The notes under the pieces: generated by a model
The model's input: only the letters and a program-made list of their open reading frames with translations
The model's database searches: none
What the model was told of the DNA's origin: nothing
Shown here: in pieces, positions 12,017 to 20,829 of the stretch
Layout: each line of letters begins with the position of its first letter
Position numbering within the stretch: the first letter of the stretch is position 1
Program-made: the position numbers and the translations under genes
Assembly: GCA_041914265.1 (NCBI GenBank)
Contig: JAYSDS010000008.1
Span: 8,283-72,282 of the forward strand
Direction of reading: 5' to 3'
DNA from: Roseomonas sp.
GTDB lineage: Bacteria; Pseudomonadota; Alphaproteobacteria; Acetobacterales; Acetobacteraceae
Length of the DNA: 64,000 nucleotides

Positions 12017-13129
12017 TCAAGCCGCCGCGGCGCGCCAGGCCGTGATCAGGGCATCGGTCGCGCGCGCCATGTCGGCACTGCCGTTATAGCCGTGGAAGGA
12101 GACGCGCACGCGCCCGCGCCCGTTCCAGGCCAGCACGCCGTCGCGTTCCATGGCGGCGACGATGGCCGCGGCATGCGGGGATTGCACACAGACGCTCGCC
12201 CCATGGCGGCGCGGATCGGCCGGCGTGGTCGAGGCGATGCCCGCCGCTTCCAGCCGAGCCAGCATGGCGGTGGTCAGCGCCTGCACATGGGCTTCGATCG
12301 CCGGCGCGCCGAAGCCCGCGAGATAGTCCAGCGCGCCATCGAGGATGTAGAGCCCAAGATGCGCCGGATTGCCGCGCGTGAAGCGCGCCGCGTCGGGCAG
12401 CAATTCGGGCGGGCGCGACCAATCCGGCCGGCCCATCGAGGCGATGGAATGCCACCCCGCCGTGCCCGGTGCCCAGCCCGGCTGGCGCGCGCGGTTCCAA
12501 TAGCCGATGGCGACCCCGGTCGTCCCCAGCACCCATTTGTAGGTGGCCGAGAAGGCGAAATCGGCAACGGAGGCCTCGATCGGCATCCACCCCGCGCCTT
12601 GGGTGAAATCCACCACCAGCGACGCGCCGACGCGGTCCGCCACGGCACGCAGCGCGGGCAGGTCGTAGCGCGCGGCGGTCAGGAAGGACACCGCGCTGAC
12701 CGCGATCATGCGCGTGCGCGGCGTGATCGCCGCCGCGACGGCATCCGGCTCCAGCATCGGCGCGAAGCGCAGCGTCACGCCGCGCTGGGCGAGCGGCGCG
12801 GCGACCGAGGGGTATTCGTCCGGATCGATCAGCACCTCGTCGCCGTCACGCCAGTCGAGGGATTCGACGACCATCGACATGCCCTCGGCGACCGAGGAGA
12901 CGAAGCCGATATCGCCCGGCGCCACGCCGAACAGCGCCGCAGCCCGCGCCCGCGCCGAGGCCAATCGCGCCTCCTGCCGCGTCCGCCCGGGCGAACCCGA
13001 CGACTTGTCCTCGGCATAGGCCGCGAAGGCCGCGTCGTGGCGGCGCAGGAAGGGCGTCTCCCCGGCCGCGCAGACATGCGCGATGCCCGGCGGGATACGG
13101 AAATCGGCGGGGTCGAAAAGCGGGTCCAT
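12017..13129 (-). CDS. class V aminotransferase / cysteine desulfurase-like PLP enzyme
   Basis: ORF trimmed to ATG 13129, with a TGATG overlap with the upstream stop (MDPLFDPADF). Fold-type I class V pattern. Candidate PLP lysine in FSATYKW. Confidence 0.75.
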   Translation of the reverse strand: MDPLFDPADFRIPPGIAHVCAAGETPFLRRHDAAFAAYAEDKSSGSPGRTRQEARLASARARAAALFGVAPGDIGFVSSVAEGMSMVVESLDWRDGDEVLIDPDEYPSVAAPLAQRGVTLRFAPMLEPDAVAAAITPRTRMIAVSAVSFLTAARYDLPALRAVADRVGASLVVDFTQGAGWMPIEASVADFAFSATYKWVLGTTGVAIGYWNRARQPGWAPGTAGWHSIASMGRPDWSRPPELLPDAARFTRGNPAHLGLYILDGALDYLAGFGAPAIEAHVQALTTAMLARLEAAGIASTTPADPRRHGASVCVQSPHAAAIVAAMERDGVLAWNGRGRVRVSFHGYNGSADMARATDALITAWRAAAA

Positions 13130-13785
13130 CAGATGATCGGTGCGTCCTCGGGGTCGATCGCGCGCTGGACGAAGCCGTCCGCGAGCGGCGCATAGGTCTC
13201 CCACAGCACGCGTAGCTTCGGGATCGGCCCGTCCGCATGGTCGATGCGCAGATCGACATAGGGGAAGATCTCGCGATCGACGACGAGGAGACTCGCGCAC
13301 ATCACCTCGCCATGCTCGCCGCCGGCGGCCTCGCCCGCTTCCAGAGCGCGCACCAGGCGTTCGGCCAGCGGTAGGCCGGGATCGGCGAGAAAGGCCTGGC
13401 CCATCGCCGGCGCCACGTCCTCATTGGCCAGGATGTTGCCCAGGGCCACCACATCCGTGCCGTGGAAGACGCTGCGGCTGGGCTTCACCCGTTCCCCGTC
13501 GAAATGCGCGGTGCGGCCCTGCCGGTCCATCACCGCCACCTGCCGCCAGCGATGGTCGGGCGTCGAGGCGACGATCGCCGCCAGCGCCTGTTCCGCCGAA
13601 CAGCCCGAGCGCAGCAGGTCGAGCCCGCGCGGCCCGAGCCGCGGATCGGTGCGATGCTGCGTCAGCACCCCGCCGATGCCGGCGGCCAGGAAGGGCACCC
13701 GTGTACCCACGGCGATGGAGGAGGTCGTCACCGCCGCGCCGAACTGGCCGGTGCGTGCGCAGCGGCCGAGAAGGGAAAAGGTCAT
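13129..13785 (-). CDS. DUF1028 family protein (Ntn-hydrolase-like)
   Basis: MTFSLLGRCARTGQFGAAVTTSSIAVG... is the characteristic DUF1028 N-terminus. An alternative upstream ATG lies at 13794. Confidence 0.75.
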   Translation of the reverse strand: MTFSLLGRCARTGQFGAAVTTSSIAVGTRVPFLAAGIGGVLTQHRTDPRLGPRGLDLLRSGCSAEQALAAIVASTPDHRWRQVAVMDRQGRTAHFDGERVKPSRSVFHGTDVVALGNILANEDVAPAMGQAFLADPGLPLAERLVRALEAGEAAGGEHGEVMCASLLVVDREIFPYVDLRIDHADGPIPKLRVLWETYAPLADGFVQRAIDPEDAPII

Positions 13786-13874
13786 GCGCCGCATTCAAGG
13801 CCGCGACGGCGCGTTGGACAAGCCACCGGCCGGTGGCATCATGGGCCCGACGTCAGAAGGCCAGGGAGGCCGAC

Positions 13875-15470
13875 ATGATCCGGCGCAGGACAGGCGTGCT
13901 CGCGGCAGCGGCCGCGGCATTTTCGATGATGGGCGCGCCCGCGCCGGCCACGGCGCAGACCGCGCCACAGGGCACGCTGCGCGTCGTGCTCATCAACCCG
14001 CTGGCGAGCCTCGACCCGGTGGTTTCCACCGCCGCCTTCGTCCGCAACCACGGCTTCTTCGTCTACGACCAGCTCTTCGGCCTCGACACCCAGGGCAACG
14101 CGAAGCCGCAGATGGTGGATCGGCACGAGGTCTCGGCCGATGGCATGACGCATCGCTTGACCCTGCGGGACGGCCTCGCCTTCCATGACGGGCAGCCGGT
14201 GCGCGCGGCCGATGCCGTGGCGTCCATCCGCCGCTGGGGCCAGCGCGACATCGCCGGCCGCGTGCTGATGGCCGCGACCGCCTCGCTGGACGTCGTGGAC
14301 GACAAGACCTTCACCCTGGTGCTGAACCGCCCCTTCGGCCTGGTTCCGGAGGCGCTGGCGCGCTCCACCGCTTCGGCGCTGTTCATCATGCCGGAACGCA
14401 TCGCGAGCACGCCGGCGACGACACCGATCAGCGACGCGACCGGGTCGGGTCCCTTCATCTTCCGCCAGCAGGAATTCCTGCCGGGCGAACGTGCCGTCTA
14501 TGTCCGCAACCCGGCCTATCGCCCGCGTTCCGAACCCGCCGATGGGCTGGCCGGCGGCAAGGTCGTGCAGCTCGAACGCGTCGAATGGCTCGGCATCAGC
14601 GACCCCGCCACGGCAGCGGCGGCGCTGCAATCGGGCGAGATCGACTTCATCGAGCAGCCGACGCCCGACGTGCTGCCGGTGCTTCAGCGCAACCGCAACA
14701 TCCGCACCTATGCCCTGAACCCGGTCGGCTTCATGGCCTGGCTGCGGCCGAATTCGACGGTGCCGCCCTTCAACGACCCGCGCGCGCGGCAGGCGCTGCT
14801 GTACCTGATCAACCAGCAGGAGAACCTGCAGGCGATCGGCGTCGCGCCGTCCGAGCAGGTCCCTTACTGCCCAGCCTTCTTCTTCTGCGGCACGCCGCTG
14901 GAATCGGATGCCGGCGCGCAGGGCCTGCGTGAAATCAACGTCGCCCGTGCCCGCGAATTGCTGCAGCAGGCGGGCTACAGCGGCCAGCGCGTGGTCTTCC
15001 TCAACGCGACGGATTCGCCGATCAACAACGCCGTCACGCTGACCATGGCGGAGAACATGCGGCGCGCGGGGCTGAACATGGATGTCGTCGCCATGGACTG
15101 GGCGACGCTGACCCAGCGGCGCAACCGGCGCGAGCCGGCGGACCAGGGTGGGTGGAACCTGTTCGTCACCGTCGCCAATGTGCTCGACGGGCAGAATCCG
15201 CTGGTGAACCTGTATCTCGCCGCGACCTGCGACGCCGCCCCGGCGGGCTGGCCTTGCGATGCCGAGCTGGAACGCCTGCGCGCCGCCTGGTGGTCGGAAT
15301 CCGACCCCGCCAAGCGCCAGCAGATCCTGACCCAGGTGCAGGCGCGCGCGGCGGAAGTGCTGCCCTACATCAATGCCGGGCAGTTCCGGACGCTCGCGGC
15401 CTATCGCGCCAATATCGAGGGGCTGCGCCCGACCACCATCCCGGTCTTCTGGGGCGTGACGAAGCGGTGA
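13875..15470 (+). CDS. ABC transporter substrate-binding protein, family 5 (peptide/nickel/opine type)
   Basis: ORF 13140..15470 trimmed to ATG 13875 (GGGAGG SD). Signal peptide MIRRRTGVLAAAAAAFSMMGAPAPATAQ. 531 aa, typical family-5 SBP length and layout. No cognate permease or ATPase genes are adjacent. Confidence 0.85.
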   Translation: MIRRRTGVLAAAAAAFSMMGAPAPATAQTAPQGTLRVVLINPLASLDPVVSTAAFVRNHGFFVYDQLFGLDTQGNAKPQMVDRHEVSADGMTHRLTLRDGLAFHDGQPVRAADAVASIRRWGQRDIAGRVLMAATASLDVVDDKTFTLVLNRPFGLVPEALARSTASALFIMPERIASTPATTPISDATGSGPFIFRQQEFLPGERAVYVRNPAYRPRSEPADGLAGGKVVQLERVEWLGISDPATAAAALQSGEIDFIEQPTPDVLPVLQRNRNIRTYALNPVGFMAWLRPNSTVPPFNDPRARQALLYLINQQENLQAIGVAPSEQVPYCPAFFFCGTPLESDAGAQGLREINVARARELLQQAGYSGQRVVFLNATDSPINNAVTLTMAENMRRAGLNMDVVAMDWATLTQRRNRREPADQGGWNLFVTVANVLDGQNPLVNLYLAATCDAAPAGWPCDAELERLRAAWWSESDPAKRQQILTQVQARAAEVLPYINAGQFRTLAAYRANIEGLRPTTIPVFWGVTKR

Positions 15471-16219
15471 GCACCATCGCGATCGAGACCGCCGGATACC
15501 GCTTCATCCCCGCGGTAGTGCAGTATTCCGGTGGCGTCGCCGCCCTGCCCGGCTTCCGGCTGGAACGGGTGCGCTTCGCCGAGCCGCTGCCGCTGGCCGA
15601 GGGGTGGCGGCGCATCGCCGCCTATCTCGCCGCGATCGGCCGGCCGCTGACGGCCTTCGCCGCCTGCGAGCTGCGCTCCCCCGCGCCCTTCACCGAGGAC
15701 GGCTTCGCCGCCTTCAACCGCGGCTATGCGGAAGTGTTGGGCGAATGGGGCGTGCTGGCCGGCGGACACAACCCGGTCGCGCGCAGCAATGTCTGCCCGC
15801 GCGTCAGCCCGTCCTCGGTGCCGTCCTTCCACGCCTTCTGCTACAGCGTGCCCCAGGCGGGCGCGGAGGCGTCCTTCGCCGTGGCCGGCAGCGGTGAATC
15901 GGCCGAGGGCAAGGGGACCTATCGCGAGAACACTGTGGCCTATGGCGACACCTCGCCCGAGGGGATGCTGAAGAAGGGCCGCTTCGTGCTCGGCGAGATG
16001 GAACGCCGGATGGGGCTGCTCGGCTTCTCCTGGCCGGATACGACTGGGGTGCAGGCCTATACGGTGCATCCGCTGCCGCCGGCGCTGACCGAGGAGGCCG
16101 TCACCCGCGGCGCCGCCCGCCACGGGCTGACCTGGCAGGATTGCCGCCCGCCCGTCGAAGGGTTGGAGTACGAGATGGACTGCCGCGGGATCGCCTACGA
16201 GCGCGTCCTGCCCGCCTAG
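15467..16219 (+). CDS. conserved hypothetical protein (250 aa), function unknown
   Basis: In-frame GTG 15467 overlaps the SBP stop (GTGA). The codon usage is clean and GC3-rich. Sequence VSTIAIETAGYRFIPAVVQYSGG...GLEYEMDCRGIAYERVLPA. I recognise no family motif with confidence. Confidence 0.6.
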   Translation: MSTIAIETAGYRFIPAVVQYSGGVAALPGFRLERVRFAEPLPLAEGWRRIAAYLAAIGRPLTAFAACELRSPAPFTEDGFAAFNRGYAEVLGEWGVLAGGHNPVARSNVCPRVSPSSVPSFHAFCYSVPQAGAEASFAVAGSGESAEGKGTYRENTVAYGDTSPEGMLKKGRFVLGEMERRMGLLGFSWPDTTGVQAYTVHPLPPALTEEAVTRGAARHGLTWQDCRPPVEGLEYEMDCRGIAYERVLPA

Positions 16220-16323
16220 AGCAGATCCTGCTCGGATGCAGCCATCCGAGCAGGTGAAGGTGCTCGTAAAAACAAGATTCTAGCGCATTTGAGGTGAACG
16301 AGAGTTCACCGGAAATGCTCTAG
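16217..16323. repeat. 107-nt MITE-like palindromic intergenic element, copy 1
   Basis: TAGAGCA termini on both strands. Stems CTGCTCGGATG/CATCCGAGCAG and GGTGAAC/GTTCACC. 86/107 identical (gapless, hand-counted) to the reverse complement of 26537..26643. Confidence 0.8.
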
Positions 16324-17330
16324 ACCGGATCGCGCACCAGCGGCGAGGTGGAGCAATGGATCCCCCCGCCGCCGAGATAGACCTTGTCGTAGGCCACCAG
16401 CCGCACGCTGATGCCGGCCTTGTCCAGCGCCTCCTGCGTGCGGGGGCCGACCTGGTCGCTCATCAGCACGCGGCCCGGCGCGACGGCGAGGCAGTTGATG
16501 GCCCAGGACGGGTCCTCGTGGTTCAGCGGGATCATGCGGATGCCGAGCCGCTTCATCTCCTCCATGAAGACGAAGGGCAGGATCACCGGGTTCACCAGCG
16601 CCACATCGTGGTCGAGCATCACCAGCGCGCCGTCGATATGCAGGCGATAGCCCGGGATCTGCACGCGGATCAGCCTGGTGCCCTGGAGCGCCAGCACCTC
16701 CTCCATCTGCCGCGCGCCTTCCTCGTTGACGCGGGAGGAGACACCGATCACCGCGACATCGGGGCGCAGATAGGCGAAGGACCCGCCCTCCACGAGCCCG
16801 GTGCCGGCAATGGTGCGCAGGATCGGCATGCCGAGCGCGGCGAGCGTCTCGGTGACGGGTCGTTCCTCGCCACGCCGGATGCGCGGGCCCATGCGCGTGA
16901 CGATGGCGCCGCCATCGACGGCGATGCAGGAATCGCGCGTATAGACGGATTTGTGCCGCCCCGGCGCGACGCGGCTCAGCATCACCACCTCGACGCCTTC
17001 CTCGCGCAGCGCGGCGGCGAGCGCGTCGTGCTGGGCCTGCTGCTCGGCGAGGGTCGGGATCACCTCCCCGCGCCAATACGCCCCCGTATTCGGATTGCCA
17101 TAGGCGCCGAGTTCCGGGATCAGCGGCAGGTCCTCGACGATCTTCAATTCTTCGCCGGGTCGATGCATCAGCACCATGCGCAGCCGGCCGACATCCGAAT
17201 TGCAGCCCCAGCGCCGGCCCCAGCCGAATTCCTGTTCGGCGGGGCTGTTGAAGGCGGGCTCGGCTTCGGAGGCGAAGCGTTCGATCAGCATGTTGTAGCG
17301 GTGGTCGAACTCGCTCATCGCGCGTGACAT
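16320..17330 (-). CDS. amidinotransferase / arginine deiminase / DDAH superfamily (guanidino-group modifying) enzyme
   Basis: 336 aa. C-terminal GGGGIHCST carries the candidate catalytic Cys typical of this superfamily. GAAGGA SD upstream of ATG 17330. Confidence 0.75.
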   Translation of the reverse strand: MSRAMSEFDHRYNMLIERFASEAEPAFNSPAEQEFGWGRRWGCNSDVGRLRMVLMHRPGEELKIVEDLPLIPELGAYGNPNTGAYWRGEVIPTLAEQQAQHDALAAALREEGVEVVMLSRVAPGRHKSVYTRDSCIAVDGGAIVTRMGPRIRRGEERPVTETLAALGMPILRTIAGTGLVEGGSFAYLRPDVAVIGVSSRVNEEGARQMEEVLALQGTRLIRVQIPGYRLHIDGALVMLDHDVALVNPVILPFVFMEEMKRLGIRMIPLNHEDPSWAINCLAVAPGRVLMSDQVGPRTQEALDKAGISVRLVAYDKVYLGGGGIHCSTSPLVRDPV

Positions 17331-17335
17331 GGCGC

Positions 17336-18124
17336 TTATCCTTCGTTGCGCCTCCGCAGGGCGCGGTCGGCGAGCAGCAGCAGCAGCGTAAAGGCAATCA
17401 GCAGGACCGCAACGGCCGCCATGGCCGGGTCGAGGTTCTCATTGATCCCGTCCCAGATCCGTCGCGGCAGGGTGAAGACGTCGCGCGAAGCGATGAACAA
17501 CACCATCACCAGCTCATCCCAGGAATGGATGAAGGCGAAGATTGCGCCGGAGAAGATGCCCGGCGCGATGCGCGGCAGGATCACCCAGCGCAGCGTCTGC
17601 GACAGCGATGCCCCCATCCCGCGCGCCGCCTGCTCCAGCCGCGGATCGAAGGCCGCGAGCGCGGTGGAGACGGTGATCACCACATAGGGAATCCCCGTCA
17701 CCCCATGCGCGATCACCACGCCGAGGAAGCGGTCGAGCAGCCCGAGCGGCCCGAAATACCGGTACAGGCCGATCGCATAGACGATGGAGGGAATGATCAG
17801 CGGCAGCAGCATCACCACGCGGATCAGGTCGGTCGCGCGGCGGGAGATGCGCCAGCAGCCGATGGCGCACAGCGTCCCCGCCGTGACCGACAGCACCGTC
17901 GCCGCGATGGCGATGGTGAAGGACTGCCAGATCGACCCCAGCCATTCCGGCGAGGTGAGCACCGTCCGGAAATGCTGGAAGCTGATGCCGTGCTCGGGCA
18001 GCGAGAGGTAACGCTGGTCGGTCAGCGCCACCGGCAGCACGATCAGGATGGGCAGCACCAGATAGAGTGCCGTGACCCAGGCGAGACCGCGCGACGGGCC
18101 GCCGGCGGGATAGGTTCCGTCCAT
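17336..18124 (-). CDS. ABC transporter permease (PotC-like)
   Basis: 262 aa, multi-TM, with the EAA-type loop region LEQAARGMGAS. Confidence 0.9.
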   Translation of the reverse strand: MDGTYPAGGPSRGLAWVTALYLVLPILIVLPVALTDQRYLSLPEHGISFQHFRTVLTSPEWLGSIWQSFTIAIAATVLSVTAGTLCAIGCWRISRRATDLIRVVMLLPLIIPSIVYAIGLYRYFGPLGLLDRFLGVVIAHGVTGIPYVVITVSTALAAFDPRLEQAARGMGASLSQTLRWVILPRIAPGIFSGAIFAFIHSWDELVMVLFIASRDVFTLPRRIWDGINENLDPAMAAVAVLLIAFTLLLLLADRALRRRNEG

Positions 18125-18128
18125 CGGC

Positions 18129-18974
18129 TCAGCCCCCCGACCCGAAGATGCGCCGCAGATCCACGATGCGCGAGAAGACGGCCAGCGTGACGAGGATGGC
18201 CACCACCAGCATCGTCGCCATCATCGTCCCGAGCCCCCAACGGATCAGGTCGAGGATCTGCAGGCTGATCCATTCCGCGACCATCAGCGTCTTGCCGCCG
18301 CCGAGGATGGCCGGCGTGATGTAGAAGCCGAGCGAGAAGATGAAGACCAGCACCGCCGCGGCCAGGATCCCCGGCTTGGACAGCGGCAGGAAGACGCTGC
18401 GGAACACTTCCCAGCGTGACGCCCCGAGCCCGCGCGCCGCGGCCAGCAACCGCGGGTCGATCTCCCGCATCGAGGACAGCATCGGCAGCACCGCGAAGGG
18501 CACCATGTAGTGAACCATGCCAACGATGATGCCGAACTCGTTCCACACCAGCGGCAGCGGTTCCGAGATGACCCCCGCGCCCATCAGCGAATTGTTGATC
18601 AGCCCCTGCCGGCGCAGCAGCGTGACCCAGGCGAAGGCACGCACCAGCACCGAGATCCACAGCGGCACCAGCACGGCCAGCAGCCACCACCCCTTCGCCC
18701 GCGGGCTCGCCAGCGTGATCGCATAGGCAATGGCATAGCCAAGCAGCAGCGACAGCACCGTGGTGATCAGGCAGATGCGCAGCGTGGTGAGGATGACCCG
18801 CTGAACGGACATCGAGGTGAAGAGCCGCTCGTAATTCTCCAGGCCCGGCTCGGGATCGGTGAAGCTGATGGCCAGCACCTGCACGATCGGCGCGATGTAG
18901 AAGGCGACGAGCAGCAGGAAGGCCGGCAGGATCAGCAGCCACCAGCCGCCGCCGACGCGCCCCGTATCGCTCAT
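18129..18974 (-). CDS. ABC transporter permease (PotB-like)
   Basis: 281 aa, multi-TM, containing LLAAARGLGASRWEVF. ATGA overlap with the ATPase stop. Confidence 0.9.
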   Translation of the reverse strand: MSDTGRVGGGWWLLILPAFLLLVAFYIAPIVQVLAISFTDPEPGLENYERLFTSMSVQRVILTTLRICLITTVLSLLLGYAIAYAITLASPRAKGWWLLAVLVPLWISVLVRAFAWVTLLRRQGLINNSLMGAGVISEPLPLVWNEFGIIVGMVHYMVPFAVLPMLSSMREIDPRLLAAARGLGASRWEVFRSVFLPLSKPGILAAAVLVFIFSLGFYITPAILGGGKTLMVAEWISLQILDLIRWGLGTMMATMLVVAILVTLAVFSRIVDLRRIFGSGG

Positions 18975-20062
18975 GCCGCGTCGTCCTCGATCGGCACCGC
19001 CGCATCGGCCGACCAGCCGAGGCGGATGGGCAGCCCCTCCGCCGGCGCGATCGCGGCCTGCCAGGCCGGCAGCACGACGCGCAGCTCGCCCAGTGTCTGG
19101 GTGCCGACGCGCAGCGAATAGCCCGAACCGAGATACGCCCAGGCCAGGATTCGTCCCTCGACCGCATTGTCGGCCGTGCTGCCATCGGCCAGCAGGGCGA
19201 TCTTCTCCGGCCGCAGGGAGAGCAGGCAGCGCGACCCTTCCGCCGGCGCAGCCCCCCGGACAGCGAGGTTCAGCCCCCCGGCCTCGAGCGTGAAGCTCTG
19301 CGCCGTCGGCAGGCGCGCCGTGCCTTCGAGGAAGTTCGACTTGCCGAGGAAGTCCGCGACGAAGCGCGTGCGCGGCCGTTCATACAGGTCGAGCGGCGCG
19401 CCATGCTGGATCAGCTTGCCATGGTTCAGGATGGCGATGCGGTCCGACATGGACAGCGCCTCCTCCTGGTCATGGGTGACGTTGATGAAGGTGCGCCCGA
19501 CGCGCTGGTGCAGCGCCTTCAGCTCCTCCTGCAACTCGGCCCGGAGCTTCTTGTCGAGCGCGGACAGCGGTTCGTCCAGCAGCAGCAGGTTGGGATCGAA
19601 GACGAGCGCCCTTGCCAGGGCGACGCGCTGCTGCTGCCCGCCCGAAAGCTGCTTCGGCAGCCGGTCCGCGAACTGGCCGAGTTGCACCAGGTCCAGCGCC
19701 GCGCGCACCTTCGCATCGCGATCCGCGCGCGACAGGCCGCGCACGCGTAGCGGGAAGGCGACGTTGTCCGCGACGGTCATGTGCGGGAACAGCGCATAGC
19801 CCTGGAAGACCATGCCGAAGTTGCGCTTTTCCGGCGGCAGCGGCGTGATGTCCGACCCGTCGAGCAGGATCGACCCCGCGCTCGGCGCGACGAAGCCCGC
19901 CACCGCCATCAGGATGGTCGTCTTGCCCGATCCCGACGGCCCGAGCAGCGTCAGGAACTCGCCCTGCCCCACTTCCAGCGACACGCGATCGACCGCGGTG
20001 AAGCTGCCATAATGCTTGCTGACCTCGCGCAGAGTCAGCGCGTGGCCGCGCGTCTCGCTCAC
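18971..20062 (-). CDS. ABC transporter ATP-binding protein (PotA-like)
   Basis: Walker A GPSGSGKTT, signature LSGGQQQRVALARA, Walker B LLLLDEPLSALD. GTG start overlaps the aldolase stop (GTGA). Confidence 0.95.
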   Translation of the reverse strand: MSETRGHALTLREVSKHYGSFTAVDRVSLEVGQGEFLTLLGPSGSGKTTILMAVAGFVAPSAGSILLDGSDITPLPPEKRNFGMVFQGYALFPHMTVADNVAFPLRVRGLSRADRDAKVRAALDLVQLGQFADRLPKQLSGGQQQRVALARALVFDPNLLLLDEPLSALDKKLRAELQEELKALHQRVGRTFINVTHDQEEALSMSDRIAILNHGKLIQHGAPLDLYERPRTRFVADFLGKSNFLEGTARLPTAQSFTLEAGGLNLAVRGAAPAEGSRCLLSLRPEKIALLADGSTADNAVEGRILAWAYLGSGYSLRVGTQTLGELRVVLPAWQAAIAPAEGLPIRLGWSADAAVPIEDDAA

Positions 20063-20829
20063 GACTTGTAGTCCGGCTGCTCGCGGTCGAGCTTCCGCCT
20101 CAGCGCCTGCCAGGGCAGCCAGCCCTTGGTCGGGCCGGTGCCGAACTGCGCCGCCGTGCGGCTGACCACCTGCGGCGAGGGAATCGCCAGTGGCGCGCCG
20201 GAAGACTGCGCGGCGAGCTGGATGCGGCAGGCCTGCTCCAGATAGTACATCCAGTAGAAGGCGGCGGCGACGGTCGGCCCCACGGTCAGCAGCCCGTGAT
20301 GCTTCAGGATCATGCAGGGCTTGTCGCCCAGGTCGCGCACCAGGCGCTCGCGCTCCGACAGGTTGTCGTCGGCCGCCACACCTTCATAGTCGTGCAGTGC
20401 GACCTTGCCGTCGAACTCGATGCTCATCTGGTTCAGCGGCAGCAGCCCGCCGGACTGCGCCGCCACCGCCATGCCCGCCAGCGTATGCGTATGCATCACG
20501 CACATCGCGTTCGCGCATTCCCGATGCACCGCCGAGTGGATGACGAAGCCGGCCGGGTTCACCGGCCAGCTCGTCTCCTGCATCGGCTCGCCCTCGGCAT
20601 CCACCACGACCAGGCTGCTCGCGGTGATCTCCTCGAACAGCAGGCCATAGGGGTTGACCAGGAAGCGATGCCCTTCCCCCGGCAGGCGCGCGGACAAGTG
20701 CGTGAACACCAGATCCGTCATGCCGAACAGCGCGATCAGCCGATAGGCGGCGGCGAGATCCTCGCGCACCTCCTGCTCGGTCGGAACGTGGTTGGGGTCG
20801 GGCTTCACCGGGGGTGGCGGGAGGGGCAT
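20059..20829 (-). CDS. class II aldolase/adducin family protein
   Basis: 256 aa. Contains FVIHSAVH and VMHTHT (metal-binding His pattern of class II aldolases). Confidence 0.85.
   Translation of the reverse strand: MPLPPPPVKPDPNHVPTEQEVREDLAAAYRLIALFGMTDLVFTHLSARLPGEGHRFLVNPYGLLFEEITASSLVVVDAEGEPMQETSWPVNPAGFVIHSAVHRECANAMCVMHTHTLAGMAVAAQSGGLLPLNQMSIEFDGKVALHDYEGVAADDNLSERERLVRDLGDKPCMILKHHGLLTVGPTVAAAFYWMYYLEQACRIQLAAQSSGAPLAIPSPQVVSRTAAQFGTGPTKGWLPWQALRRKLDREQPDYKS

Noticed and set aside
9612-12089. 825-aa plus-strand ORF across the ureA/ureD/ADH region. The similar 7157..9172 (671 aa) lies across ureC.
   Set aside because: Both are antisense to unambiguous urease and ADH genes. Their composition is dominated by R, G, A, P, D and H, and I recognise no domains.
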